From Podarcis cretensis (lineage: Eukaryota), in contig OX638151.1 of NCBI GenBank assembly GCA_951804945.1, forward strand, positions 47,802,001-47,866,000: 64,000 bases of DNA. Reading direction: 5' to 3'. Under the pieces are notes generated by a model. That model did not search any database and was not told where the DNA came from. It worked only from the letters and a program-made list of their open reading frames with translations. Below, one piece after another: positions 24,963 to 38,282 of this stretch. Numbering within the stretch: position 1 is the stretch's first letter; every line of letters starts with the position of its first letter. The position numbers and the translations under genes were made by a program.

Positions 24963-27110
24963 GTAAGTATTTCTGATTAAATGAGAATTAGCTTCTTTTT
25001 GTAGATCCATGCTATTCTGAATTTTATTTAGTTATGTTGAAGGAATCTGGCATGTTATCCCACCAATTAAAGGAATGTAGTAACCTGGCTTTCTGAAAAT
25101 AATGGATCATGATGTGAGTCTAAGAAATCATTACTGCTTCTCAAGGAGACCTTGCTGTTGAAGTCATAAGCTCATGCTACCATGATTAGTTTTTTGTAGA
25201 ATGGAAAGTGGAGCAGAGAAGATGGGCCATTTGTACAATACAAATTTTAACACAAAATATGCTTAAATAGGTTTGCTTTCAGTGATGATAATGTGTATGT
25301 TAAATGTATACAAGCATGCTTATGTAAATCAGACTAAAAACAAATAGCTAACATCAGCATGTCCACAGGACAAATAAATTCTATAACAGGGAACCCAAGC
25401 ATTTAATTAGCTGTGAAAACGTATATAATATTTACTGCTCTATCAAGAGAGAAGTTAATTTCTGGTTAACTTCTTAAGCTATAGTCTCTCTACACTTTGG
25501 TGTGTTTGTGTAAACCATTCTACACCATGGTAACCTGGTAAGTAACTCCAGAGTCTATGAATTCGCAACTGAAAATTGCTAACATGTGTGCCTACCTCTC
25601 CAGAAAAACAAAAAATGCATAAGCAACTGAGAACTGTTGCTCTTCACAGTGCAATCTTATGCATGTGTACTCAAGAGTAAGTCCCAATGAGTACAATGAG
25701 CCTTACTTCCAGGTGAGTGGATATGAGTGTAGCCCTTAATCTATTTCCAGACTCTAATTCAATGCTGTTTATGTCATATTTTGGAATTTCTGCAGCAAGA
25801 GTGATTTTAAAAAGGATGTTGCTGCTGTTTAGCATAGTGAGAAGCAGATATTTTAAAATTTCTCCAAGATGGATCCCTAGGTACATTGTTATCCCAACAA
25901 CCCTGCTCTTATTTGCTTTCTAATTATTCCTTCTTGATGGTTCTTCATCCTACTGCAGAGGGCAGCTGATGCCATTGAGAGTACTATATCTTGGTTCTGT
26001 AGAATCAAAAGTTAAATAGAGGGTGTGGGGGAGAGAAAACAGGAATGACTGTACTTACACATTTGTGCCCAAATGTTAGGTATTTTGATAGGCAGAGTAT
26101 ATTGTTCAGTGCTGCTCCTTCCAATCTCTGGCATGCTCTTCCTAGAGAGCCTCACCTGATACCTACATTAATGTCCTTTTGGCTCCAGGCAAAAACTTTT
26201 CTGTTCTCCCAGGCCTTATAGCAGCATTTATTATTTGTTATTTATCATTTCTTCCAGTCACTGCAGAGAGATGATAGTTTGGTCAGTTTTAGCTTTTGTT
26301 GGGGATGAATCTTGTCAATATGCTAATTGAATTAGTTGCTGGTGGCTGGTTTACATCTGTTTTATGCTGAGTTGGATTTTATGACTGGATCTTATTGCTG
26401 AAGTATGGCTGGGCTGGTTTTATTGTTTTATAATTGAATTGCTTTGTTTATAATTTTGTTTCTTTTGCTGTTGTATGTTGCCTAGCAACTCATAAATGAA
26501 AATTTACTTTTTTTAAAAAAAAACAACCTTGTAAAAGGCTAGTGCTATGGAAAGCACTTCCAAAATTTTGTTGGAATTGCCTAACATCCAAATGCTCCGT
26601 TTAGACTTCTTGTGTGCTCGTCTCTTCTTCTGCTGCATGAGAACTTTTGCCAAGTGTAGTTTCACTTTCAAAGAATCTTGGCTTAGCATTATGTCTGGGC
26701 CAGGAATCTTGGGTTACAACATATTCTTGTCAGTCTCAATAAATCCATGGTTATTTAGTTACTGTTTGTTCTAAACTAGAATTCATTATTTTATATATTA
26801 TGCTAAACCAAAATTGGTTGGCGGTGGGGAACACCCTACTCTCTGCAGAAGTCCTCCTCCTGACTGTGCAGGAGGAAAATGAGGAAGCATTTCTCTCAAG
26901 CTATTGGAGTCCTGTCCATATAGCACTAAACTGTGGTTTAGCATTACGTATAATTCGAGCCATTGCCTACTCTAGAAGATCACCTTTCAATTTAATTTAA
27001 TTGCAGTTTTCAGTGCTGTGTAATGCATTCATTAATATTCAGACATGCTTGGTTGATGAAAATTCCTGGGTCAGTTCAAATGGTGATAAATGTAATGTAT
27101 TTTTCAACAG

Positions 27111-27202
27111 ACACTAGATCAGCTCCCACTTACCAACCCTGAACATTTTGGGACTCCTGTCATAGGAAAGAAAACAAATAGAGGAAGGAGATCTAATCAC
27201 AT
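27111..27202 (+). CDS. ARID4B: ARID4B exon 7
   Basis: caacag|ACA...CACAT|gtaagt; 92 nt; [30 protein letters not shown]. Confidence 0.97.
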
Positions 27203-27466
27203 GTAAGTTGTTTTTGTTTGCAATTGTTTGTTGATTTGTTATTATCTTAATTTTCAGCAGGTGGTTTGAAGTTGGTAGAAATGTATCGCATAATTTAAAC
27301 TGAAAGTGCTGTTATGTGGCCCAATGTGTATTGGAAGCAGGACATAAGGGCTATTAAAAAAAACACAGACAAATTTGTTAATGGCGTGGGACAAGGCCAC
27401 AGCTGGCCCACTGTATCTTAGAGTGACATAAGAAGAATCTTACTGGGTTAGAGTAAAGGCCTATCT

Positions 27467-28058
27467 TGAGACTGACCCAGAAACTCCAGCGGGTGCAGAA
27501 TGCCGCGGCGAGAATCCTTAGGGGTCTTTGCTGCGAGATCACATTCACCCGGTGCTATACCAGCTGCACTGGCTCCCGGTGGGGTACAGGATCAGGTTTA
27601 AGGTGCTGGTTTTAACCTCTAAAGCCCTATATGGCCTAGGACCCTCGTACCTACGGGACCGCCTCTCCTGGTATGTCCCACAGAGGAACTTACGGTCTTC
27701 AAACAAAAACATCCTGAAGGTCCCAGGCCACAGAGAGGTTAGGCTGGCCTCAACTAGAGCCAGGGCTTTTTCGGCTGTGGCTCCAATCTGGTGGAACGCT
27801 CTGTCACAATATACTAGGGCCCTGCAGGACTTGACATCTTTCCGCAGGGCCTGCAAGACAGAGCTGTTCCACCAGGCCTTTGGTGAGGGCAGCCTGACTC
27901 CCTCCTTTGGCAATCTTCACAGAGCTCTAGCCCAATGGTTGCCATCAATTTGATTTAAACTAATTTTATAATGAAATGATTTTAGAATGTTGTACTATTT
28001 TATTGTTGTTAGCCGCCCTGAGCCCGGTTTCAACTGGGGAGGGCGGGATATAAATAAA

Positions 28059-28100
<42 letters not shown>
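27467..28100 (+). mobile_element. 5'-truncated L2-type LINE (ORF2 C-terminus, 3' UTR, (TTA)n tail)
   Basis: KLQRVQNAAAR...HIHPVLYQLHWLPVGYRIRFKVLVL...RAFSAVAPIWWNAL (ORF 27528..27953); tail AGCCGCCCTGAG...GGGCGGGATATAAATAAA(TTA)n. Confidence 0.9.
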
Positions 28101-28590
28101 CATCATCATCCTTTTCCCCACAGTGGACAATAAGGTGCTTCAGGGTAACACACAAAAAGGGCATAAACACAACAAAACTATTTTTCTGTTTCCTAGTGAC
28201 TAGTACTCAGAGGCATACTGCTTCTGAACCTAGAAGTTTGGCCATTAGTAAAAAGATCTTGCATGAGTTCCTCACTTTAAAACTAAGCCAGTGGCCATCA
28301 TTAGATATTGTGGCAGTGAATGCCCAGTCATAAGTAAGATATGTCTATATAAGGAGGTACTTTTTAGACAGTCCTGAATCGACTGTTCGTTATTTTTGGA
28401 GGTTGGCTTCATGTGCTGGTAGTTGTAAGGTAGAATCAACCCTTGAACTCCTAGTGTAAGTACAACTTTCCCCTTGTATTTAGTAGTGGGCTGAACAGAG
28501 GCTACTCAAGTCTGCCATGCTTGCTTCTATTACTGAATATGGGTATTGGATCTTGCTGCTGTTCTTTATTTAAATATTTTTTGTTGTATA

Positions 28591-28908
28591 CAGTGGTGCC
28601 CCGCAAGACGAATGCCTCGCAAGATGGAAAACCCGCTAGACGAAAGGGTTTTCCGTTTTGGAGGTGCTTCGCAAAACGAATTTCCTATGGGCTTGCTTTG
28701 CAAGACGAAAATGTCTTGCGAGTTCCTGTGGGGTTTTTTACCTCCCCCCCCCCTTTTCTAAGCCACTAAGCCGCTTATCTGCTTATCCGATAAGCCGCTA
28801 ATAGCGCTAAGCCGCTAAGCCGTCAATGGGCTTGCTTCGCAAGGCGAAAAAACCGCTAGATGAAGAGACTCGCGGAACGGATTAATTTCGTCTTGCGAGG
28901 CACCACTG
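28591..28908. mobile_element. Tc1/mariner (Tigger-like) MITE, young
   Basis: 22-bp TIRs with 1 mismatch, CAGTGGTGCC(C/T)CGCAAGACGAA; TA TSD both sides; CpG-rich. Confidence 0.92.
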
Positions 28909-29950
28909 TAATATATGGCGGGCGTTGCGCACTTTCAGAAAAAAAGTGGGGGTAGTCATTGATACCATGTTATGGATTTATGTTATGGGGGGCACAGGTG
29001 ACAGAGATACTGTTCTCTGAATTTTAACTCAGCAGATCAAACATTGAAATAGAGACATAAATGCAAATGTAATGAAGCACCTATATTAGAATATATATTT
29101 CTTTTTGTGTGTGTTTGCATATGGCAAAACACTGTTTGTATCTTTTTTCAAAAAGTTGCAAAGATGTACCAAAAACCTTTCCACCGAAGAATCCTTGCCA
29201 AGTGCACTGTGAATACAAGCACTTCGATAATGGCTTATTCTTGACTAATCTTGGTTTTTGTTAATAGTACTGTTTAAAGTTTTGTTTCATCTGTACTCTT
29301 CTATCATTTGCAAACACAATGTATTTGTAGTTGGTTTTAATTCAGCTTGAAATCAACAGGTTTTTCTTTCACTTGCTACTTTGTTTGTATCAGGATTCTT
29401 AGTGAGACTTGCATAGCTTTGGCAACAAGACTTATCCCTTTATTTCCAATAATTATGACATATGTATTTTGTCCAGTTACTTGCCTCAAATGGTTATCCA
29501 GTTAAACTGTCAGGTTCTAACTATTAACTTGCTCCTCTCCCCCTGATTGGATGACAATCCACCCAGCCCTGATTGGTTTCTGAGTCACTAGAAGGCTGAC
29601 CATCATATGTGAATTCGCCTTCACATGGGGATTTAAAAACTGGTGGCTACCATTTGTTACTTGCTCGCAATTCCCCTCAGAATAATACTATGTGATGTAT
29701 TGTCATTCCAAGGGCATTATGAGGAACATGGTGGCTACAAGCATGGAATACTACTTTCACGCCCCTGGGAGACTGCTATCACTGTACCACCACTGTTGGG
29801 GTGGAAAGAACGAAAAGAGAGAGTGAAAGGGATGGACCCTATAGCAGTCCCCACTTCCCAAAATTCAAGCTAAAGTTCATTCGTAGTTTGACCCAAATCA
29901 AAATTCTGAACTCTATAGCACAATTTAACTTGGAGTTCTTTTCCTTATAG

Positions 29951-30089
29951 CCCAGAAGAAGAATCTTCCTCATCCTCAAGTGATGAAGATGAAGATGACA
30001 GAAAACAAACTGATGAACTGTTAGGAAAAGTTGTTTGTGTAGACTACGTTAGTGCTGATAAAAAGAAAAACCTCTGGTTCCCAGCTCTG
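29951..30089 (+). CDS. ARID4B: ARID4B exon 8 (start of RBB1NT/PWWP domain)
   Basis: ttatag|C...CTG|gtaagt; 139 nt; PEEESSSSSSDEDEDDRKQTDELLGKVVCVDYVSADKKKNLWFPAL. Confidence 0.97.
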
Positions 30090-31902
30090 GTAAGTGTTTC
30101 AATTTTATATTGTTTAATAGCTTTATTTTGAAGAGAGAGAAAAGTACCTAGAAATTATATTTTGCACTTTGAGATATTCCTCTTTCATAATTTAAAACCA
30201 CCACGTTAAACAAGGTCAGAATAGTCATACTATCTACAATTCATTTGAGCACACTAAGGGCAGTAACTTCATAAAGTGCATATATTGTAAAAACTGTGCA
30301 GTTTAATAACCCGTAAGTGCCAAGTCAGTCTGTATACAATAAAGCAGAATTTTTTAAAAAAATGTAAAACAGAGCACTGCTTCTTTTCTTTTTTCCTATT
30401 TTATGGTCCCTATTATTTTCCATGCTATTAGTTCAGCTTCCAATTGCATAAGAAGGTCAAAGGCAAAAGCTGCTGATTTGTTCCTATTTTATGCTACAAA
30501 ACATACAGATTGCTGGATCTGTATTCTGAAGTGGTGTACCAGTTGCTAGGGAGAAACAGCAGCAGTGGGCTACTTTTTTCATCCTCTCCCTGTGGGCTTC
30601 CTGAAAGCATCTGGCTAGCCATGGTTAGGAAAACAGGCTAGACTAGATTGACCCTGAGTCAGGAATGTTTTTATCAATCCTTTTGCTGCATGGAATTCTT
30701 TTACATTTACTTACTTGAGAATATTAACATTTTAAAAATAAAATGCCTCCTCCCCCAAAATTGTGTAAATCATGTCACATTAATTACAAGCATATAAGTG
30801 GTTGCAGATAGAAAACTTGTTCATAAATTTTAATGAATATTTGCAGAACTGTAAATGTGATCCTAAACTGTACAGTTGACATTAAATAAATCATCATTAT
30901 TTTTAATTTATTGTTTTGGCTTTCAAAAGCAATGCACATGTCACATCCATTATAAAAGAATGGCTGAAGCATGAAATATTACTTAATAATGTTCTAGAAG
31001 AAGGTTGCATTAGGTTCGTGCTTCTAATGGAAGATTGTGACTTAGCCAAAAGCACCATAAGGTCACATTTTTAGAAACTGAAATAAGGCAAATCAAAGAT
31101 CTTAGAAGCAATGTGCCAGTTTTAAATAGGGAAGGTAATTTAACAAGTGGCTTAATTCATATGATGTAGGTGATTATATTTGGCTGAAGTTGCTGAGCAA
31201 TTTAAACTCTTTGTGAAATCAGTAGTGAATAGGGGTCCACAAATTTCTTCCTAGCTTACTAACCCACCGTCCCCTAGAAGACTCTGAAGAGAGGAAAGAT
31301 TGGTATCTCAATTGCTGCTGGGCTTTTCAGAAGCATAGGCAGCAAGGGGCTTCCTCCTTCTCTCACTTCTGCACCAGACACTGAGGAAGCAGTGGAAAGG
31401 AGCATCACATCTTTCTCTGAAGCTCTGTGGGAAATGAGATGAAAGGGCTCTCCCCCAAGTCCTCTGTGTATACAGAAGACTCAGGCAAATGTGTGTGTGC
31501 CTTTTATCTCACTCAGTGCTAAACTTAAAGAGAAGGTAGAATGCAAGTCCTGTCCTCCTTGTTGCTTCTGTTTCTTCAAAGCCCACTGCAAAATAAGACA
31601 ACATCGTCTCCCCTTCTCTGAATTCTCTGCACAGGTTAGAATACTTGGAGAGGAGCAAAGCCTTGTTTTTCATGCATGGCACAATGGAAGGCAGCCTTCA
31701 CACAAGTTCCCTGAAGTTTTCAGAGAACTCTGGGCAGGATTTTTGTGTGTGCTGAGCATCCATGACAGGGACAGTCAGTCACCTCTGTGACCAGTTTTTT
31801 GGACTCTAGAATATGAACAAAAAGTATCTTCGTTGAAATATCTCAGAATGGTACCAAATATTGATATAAAATATTTTAAATATTTCCTTTCTTTTTATGC
31901 AG

Positions 31903-31982
31903 GTGGTTTGTCCAGACTGCAGTGATGAAATTGCAGTCAAAAAGGATAACATTCTGGTTCGTTCTTTCAAGGATGGCAAATT
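31903..31982 (+). CDS. ARID4B: ARID4B exon 9
   Basis: atgcag|GTG...AAATT|gtgagt; 80 nt; VVCPDCSDEIAVKKDNILVRSFKDGK. Confidence 0.97.
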
Positions 31983-32928
31983 GTGAGTAGAAAGATTTCC
32001 AGTGTCATTATTTATACCAACTAGCTAATACAATCTGTCATTTCTACTCACTGACGTGACATATATAGGGCTTTATTTTTAAATGCCAGTAAGAGGGAGG
32101 GACAGGAAGCACAAACCAACTGTTCATTCTACCTTCCACCCCACTCATGTCACTTACATAGAGTGCCTAGCATATGTGTTAGGAATCAGGTTGCAATTTT
32201 GTGCAGCTGTATAAGTCAAAGGGTGGCTGCTTTACATACTTGTTCTATATGTCAAAGTTTGTTTTTGTGATGGACAATTTCTAAAGAGTCTGTTCTTGAT
32301 TTGGTTAACATGCCTGTGTATCACTGTAAATCACAGTAACACAGTATTATTTCAGCTGGCTTCAAAATAATGTAAATGGCGGGCCCATTTCTGACCTGAT
32401 TCATGCCACTTTTTCACTTGAGAAGAATTTCTTTTCTTTAAGAAAGTATCAACAAGGAAATGTCAGTCTTGTCACCTTTTATAAAGTCATTTTTCTCCCT
32501 TCACTGAGAGGCAGACATTCCTAGGTGGGTTAGGTTCTGCCTCTGGAAGGCAGGACTGAGGAGCCATTTTTTGAGAGGTGTGAACCACTCACCCATCTCC
32601 CATTTGTCTTCTTGCTTGACACAAGAAGGCAGGGTTTTTGTAAGGATTGCCCTGTTAAGCAGCTGCCATGGATACAATTGTCTGTTCCTACTGCTTTCCA
32701 CTCACAGAAAGCTTGGATTGAAAGCTCTTGCACAGAATTAAATCTGCTCTGGTAATGGACCCAGGAATCAGTACCTTCTTGATACTCTTGCTAAATGAAC
32801 ATAATAACAGCAGACAAGGTTTATATTAATTATAATGGTTATGGACCTGGTTTTTTTGAAAATACCAGGATGGTATGTTTGATCCATGGATGGAAAGAAT
32901 GATTTGTTATTAAAGTTTTGTAATACTA

Positions 32929-32930
<2 letters not shown>

Positions 32931-32962
<32 letters not shown>

Positions 32963-32970
32963 TATTATTT
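32931..32970. repeat. (TTA)n microsatellite abutting the exon 10 acceptor
   Basis: Direct reading. Confidence 0.95.
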
Positions 32971-32972
32971 AG

Positions 32973-33046
32973 CTCTTCCGTACCAAGGAAAGATGTTCGA
33001 GAGATTAGTGATTCTTCACCAAAGCCTGATGCTGCATTAAAGCAAG
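32973..33046 (+). CDS. ARID4B: ARID4B exon 10
   Basis: atttag|C...CAAG|gtaaag; 74 nt; SSVPRKDVREISDSSPKPDAALKQ. Confidence 0.95.
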
Positions 33047-34295
33047 GTAAAGGCAATATAGAATTAAGAAAAGATAGCATTTTTCAGCTAAATTTGGCTA
33101 GAAATCTGGCACACACTATGAGGGACAGCTGTGCTACAAAACATGAGGGTGCTACATGTCCCACCAACTGCTAAACAATTCCTACCATATTTTCCTGCAG
33201 TTCAGCCCACTCAAAGTTGCTCTTTCCTGTTCCCTACCCTAGAAAGCTCCTCTTATTAGCCATGATAGCTAAATGGAACCTTCATGTTCTCAGGTAGTAT
33301 ACTTCTGAATTGTATACTCACTGAGTACACTCAGTGAATACTGGGTGCTGGGGACAAACAGCAGGGGAATTTGTTCCTTTCACGACCTGTTTATAAGCTT
33401 CGCACTGGGATTTGACTGACCAATGTTTGCAACAAGAGTGCTAGACCAAATGGAGATCAGTGATTTGCCCAAGGCTTCAAAGAAAATATCAGGCAGAAAC
33501 TCTGTCTTAAACACCAGACTACTTCTGTGATCTCACATTTGTTGCTGCAAAAAACATTTTAAAGAAGGTGAATGACTGAAGCTGAGAGAATGGTGACTTA
33601 CCCGAAACCAGAACCTAAGTATAAAGAAGAGCAGGAGTTGCCTTCCTTTTTGGACCAGGGAACACATTTTGAATTTTGAAAGGGTTCTGTCATAAGATGG
33701 CTGCCTTAGGGGTGTGAACAAAGCACAAAATGGCTGCCATGGGGAGCATGGCCTCACATAAAATTATAGAGAGTGCTTAACCTGTTGAATTTCTGCATAG
33801 AAAATGAGGCAGGCCGGTAAAGTGTATTAAAGGGGCGTGGAAGCAGCAGCTCTTTAGGACCTCAGGATTCCTACTGCCTGGTATCAATCACTTCACACAT
33901 TGACTAAAAACACTTGACCAGGTAGGAGAGCCAGGCTTGCTCATTTTACAGACATTCCTTAGAAGAGTGTTCCTGCGTGTTCTGCTTCATAACTATGTTT
34001 CTAGCAGGGCTGGAGACTTGCTTAAAAAGAAAGTAAGCTCAGTCTGGGGCCTCCATGGGAGCACAAATGAAGACTCTTGTGGGCACCATGGCACTCACAG
34101 GCTCCAGGCTGGTGTCCCCTGAGGTGAGCCAAGTAAGTTCACCTCCAAACTTCAGTTAAATTTTCCTTTAATTAGGTTACCTCCCAAATCTGTTCCTCTT
34201 CAGCTAATTTACACCACACACATTCATCCCTTGGGCATTCACACAAAGAAAGAAAAAAATGTATTTTTCATCTGTGCTTTCCCAAAGCTCCTGTA

Positions 34296-34437
34296 CAGGA
34301 GGGGTGGGGAATCTGTAGCCCGTCAGATGTTACTGGACTCCCAACTCCCATCAGCCCCAGCCATTATGGTCAGTGGACAGGGATGATGGTTGTAGTAGCC
34401 CAGCACCATCTAGAGTGCCACAGGTTGCCCACCTCTG
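34296..34437. mobile_element. Palindromic hAT-type MITE (family of 1380-1504)
   Basis: GGGGTGGGGAATCTGTAGC / GCCACAGGTTGCCCACCTCTG ends; internal ACTCCCATCA motif. Confidence 0.65.
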
Positions 34438-34769
34438 TGAACTATTAGCAGTCCTCTATTCCAGCCTGCAGTTCAGCTCAAGAACGACGACAAAAAGCAT
34501 GAAATTTCAGACTGGCAGCTGTTCTTCAGTCAGCAGCCACCTGATATGCTGGTCCTGTCTGGCTCCATTACATCTCTCCCACACAGCTCCTTCATGTTAT
34601 AACCATACAGGCAGTCTCTGGCTTTTGCTATAGGGACAGCCAGGAGATGAATCCTGCAGAGACACCTTCTGAGCCCAGCAACCCCCAAACTGTAATATCA
34701 GAGAAGGGGTAAATAGGGGTCAGCTGAATTTTCATTACTTATTCTTTTAATGTATTTGAAATATGTACA

Positions 34770-35460
34770 CATTGCCTCTCAGTTATAATTTCTGCGGGTG
34801 CTAATAAAGTAATTGAAGTAGGAAGAACAAAAACCAACACCATACAAGACAAGCATCATTAAATACCATCAAGACCATGTTGAATACTATCTTAAATAGC
34901 CAGAATAAATCAGCTGAGTGATACCTCACTTGTAAAAAAACCCCCTGAAAGCTATCACAATTTGCTAGGCTAATGGACAGGGAGGGAGTTCCCTAAATGA
35001 AGTGCCACAACTGAAATGGTACTGTCCTTCTCTGCCACCCACCATACTTCAGGAGATGGGACATTGTGAACAGGGCATCTGATCCTAATACTCAGACATG
35101 TTTTGATGGGAATTTGTGGTTTTTCATATACCCTGACCCCAAGCCATTTAAGGCTTAATAAGTCAAAGCCAGCACCTTTAATTATGTACAGAAATAGACA
35201 GATAGTGGTCTTTTTTCAATTAGTGACAAGGTATGTTCCCTGCTATTTGTGGCAATTAACAGGTATGCTTGCTACTCAGAACTAACTGAAGTTCCACGTG
35301 TCTTCAAACACATCATAAGAACAGTGGCCAGATCCCACCAGAATTTGTTATATGACCCACAGAGCATTCATTTGAAAGACCAGATCAGTAGCCACACCCA
35401 GGCTGCAGACTTGATCCTTTAGGGAGAAGTGCAACTCCATTCTGAACAGGGCAAACTATA
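34770..35460 (-). mobile_element. Decayed L2-type LINE fragment
   Basis: Diverged similarity to the reverse complement of 27467-28100 (GGGAGGGAGTTCC...GCCACAACTGAAA..., AAAGCCAGCACCTTTAAT). Confidence 0.5.
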
Positions 35461-36022
35461 TCAAGACAGAGGGCACTTTTAGTTTTGTATATTTATAAAA
35501 CTATACCATTTTAGCATAGAAGGTAGTGAGAGGTGAGCTGTGATTAAATGAGCACATGGCACTACTTTGATGCACAAAAGTTATGAACTTATACCAGGGG
35601 TTTGTCCATGGCTGATGGACTTGCGGCTCCAAGCCAGTCTGCTAAAGGTTTCTTGAAAGAGATAAAATAGTATCTAGCTATAGCAGATAGTTTTGTAATG
35701 CCAAAAGCATAGATCGGTGAATGTGCTTACTGTGAGATGTTAGCCAAACCCCTCTAGAACAAAGGTGGGCTTTTTATCTCTCAGGGTGAGGGAAATCCCA
35801 TGTTCAAATAAAAGTAGGATCACTTCACACACTTATCATCTTTTCCCCACAAGAAAACGGCATATGGCCTGCACCAGTACGTTCCGAAGGAGAAAACTTG
35901 AACAAGCTCCATTTCTCTCTTTTTGTGTGTTTTACCAAACTGGCCTTTGTTTTTGTTTTTGTTTTTTTACATGCAGGAGCAAACTAGACATTCAGTGCTA
36001 ATAAGTTTCATTCAATTTACAG

Positions 36023-36168
36023 CTTTTGATCAAGCCTTAGAATTCCGTAAAAACAAAACTGTTCCCAGTAACTGGAAGACTGAGTTGAAAGAGGAAAGCT
36101 CCAGTAGTGAAGCAGAAGAGGAGGAGGAAGATGAAAAAGAAAAGGAAGATAACAGCAGCGAAGAAGAG
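36023..36168 (+). CDS. ARID4B: ARID4B exon 11 (ends at a GC donor)
   Basis: ttacag|CT...GAG|gcgagt; 146 nt; FDQALEFRKNKTVPSNWKTELKEESSSSEAEEEEEDEKEKEDNSSEEE. Confidence 0.92.
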
Positions 36169-37412
36169 GCGAGTACAGCACTGTAATTTGGTTGAGCCAT
36201 GGAATATTTCCTGTTTGGAGTATATTGATTGTTGAATTACAGTAGTGGCACAGACAATATCAACCCTTTTATTACATTGTCCTTAGCATACCTCTTCCTT
36301 GTATATTGTCCATATTTGTGAACCCTGATTAGTCTAGGAAACCAGTTTTCTTTATGCAACAAAGAAAACTAGTGTGTGATCAGCGTGAACGTCTGCAAGG
36401 TGGGGAAAAAACTACCAACAGGGATGATATATGACCTATATGTTGCAATTTTATTTAAGTTCAAGAAATAGGCAGAATAATTGTGGCAATGAGCGTGCTT
36501 GACTGGAATAAAGAAGGGACATTATCTCTTATTTGGGTTTGTAAAAAAAAAAAAAAAGAATGTTCTGCTGATACCATAGCCCTTAGGGATAAGACATTGA
36601 ACTAGCAGCATATACGAGTAGGGGAAAAGTCAGCCACACACACCATGATCTGCAAACCCTGCACAGGCATGCATTGAATGGCTAAGAATCCTCCTTAATA
36701 TTAACTTCGTGTTTTGCTAAATCCCACTTCTAACATACATGATTAACTGTAACATCAGCAACATCTGCTTTTCTAAATTTTCACTGGAGTTCTTTTGTTG
36801 ATTTACAAAGAAGAAGGAAACTTTAAAAAGTGCAACCCCAAAAACCCACATCCTTCAAAATGGTGCTAAAATATATGTGGAACATCTGTGGAAATGAGTT
36901 AGTTTATCTTTCTGCAAAAGTTGCCATCTCCACAATGAAATATTTTTGTCTTGGAGAGGAAAATGGAATTTTAGTTTGACTGCTGTAATTAAATAACAGA
37001 TAACAAATTTCAATTAATTTGTTATTTCAGATTTGCTTTATGTTCTTATTATGGCGATTTAAGACTGCAGTCCTATATACACTTATTTGGTAGCAAGTCC
37101 CATTCAATTTTTTTCTGAGCAGACATGCAGAAGATTATGCTATAAATATGCATTTATTTGTATTTTGATGGCTCCCCATAGTGAAACTAAACGTTTTGCA
37201 ATTAAAATCCACTTAAAACAGTTATTAGTGTAAGATACAGAGAAATGACATTTGCCTTCAAAGCCAAAGTACCAAAGCATTATGTAATGGTTCCTGAACC
37301 TTTAAAATATAAATGTAATTCCCTGCAATACTTTTTAAAGAAAACTGTGGCAATTAACAGGGCAATCTAACATGTGCTTTTGTTACCATATTGTTTAAAT
37401 TGTTTAAATTAG

Positions 37413-37485
37413 GAAGAAATAGAACCCTTTCCAGAAGAAAGAGAAAACTTCTTACAACAACTCTATAAATTCATGGAAGACAGGG
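37413..37485 (+). CDS. ARID4B: ARID4B exon 12 (ARID domain start)
   Basis: aattag|GAA...AGGG|gtaagc; 73 nt; EEIEPFPEERENFLQQLYKFMEDR. Confidence 0.96.
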
Positions 37486-38282
37486 GTAAGCATGTCATTA
37501 TATTTAACATATAGGGGTTTTTTTTACGCTATAGGGGATGTAGTACAGTACGAGAATGTAGTACACCCCTGAAAACTTGTCTTGTTGCTTTTCATAAAGT
37601 GAGTTTCAAAGCTCCGTTGGGGTCTAATCCCTGGTCTCCTAGGTCCCAGCCCAGGGGTGAGGAACCTCTGGTCAAATGTGACTCTTCAAGCCTCTTTCTA
37701 GCCTTTGGGGGCCCTGGCAGGCCAGACTGGCCTTGTTTCAGATCCTCCTATGGTGCTTTTACCCTGGCTGGAATGTATCCTTGAACTCTGATAATCATTC
37801 TCCCTTGCTTGGATGGAGGATAGCGAGGGGTGTTGTGCGTATGTTTAGAAGCTCCCCTACTGTACAAAGATAAAATTTACATCAGTGTTTTGCTTCTAGT
37901 CCTGCCCTCATAAAGTTGCCCAGAAGGGAATGCAGCCATAAGGTTCAAAAAGGCTCCCCTGCCCCATTTCAACCACTACATCAGATAGGCCAGTTGAAAG
38001 TTGTTCCTTTTAAAAATCAGCACTATCTTTTTGGAAATAAAAATGAATTCTAGCTGGTATAGTACAGCAAAATATTTCATTTATATATTAAACCTGTTAT
38101 TTGTTTATTTGTCTAAAACATGTATCCTGTTACATGTACATCCAGTTAGTGTTCCCTGGACAGGATATAGCAAAGTAAAAATATAATAACAGCACATCAA
38201 TTTTAAAATGGAAGGAAAATGCAGCACGTAAAGAAACAACAGAGTAACTAATAACTTATGCAGTGTGTGTCTGTATTATATA

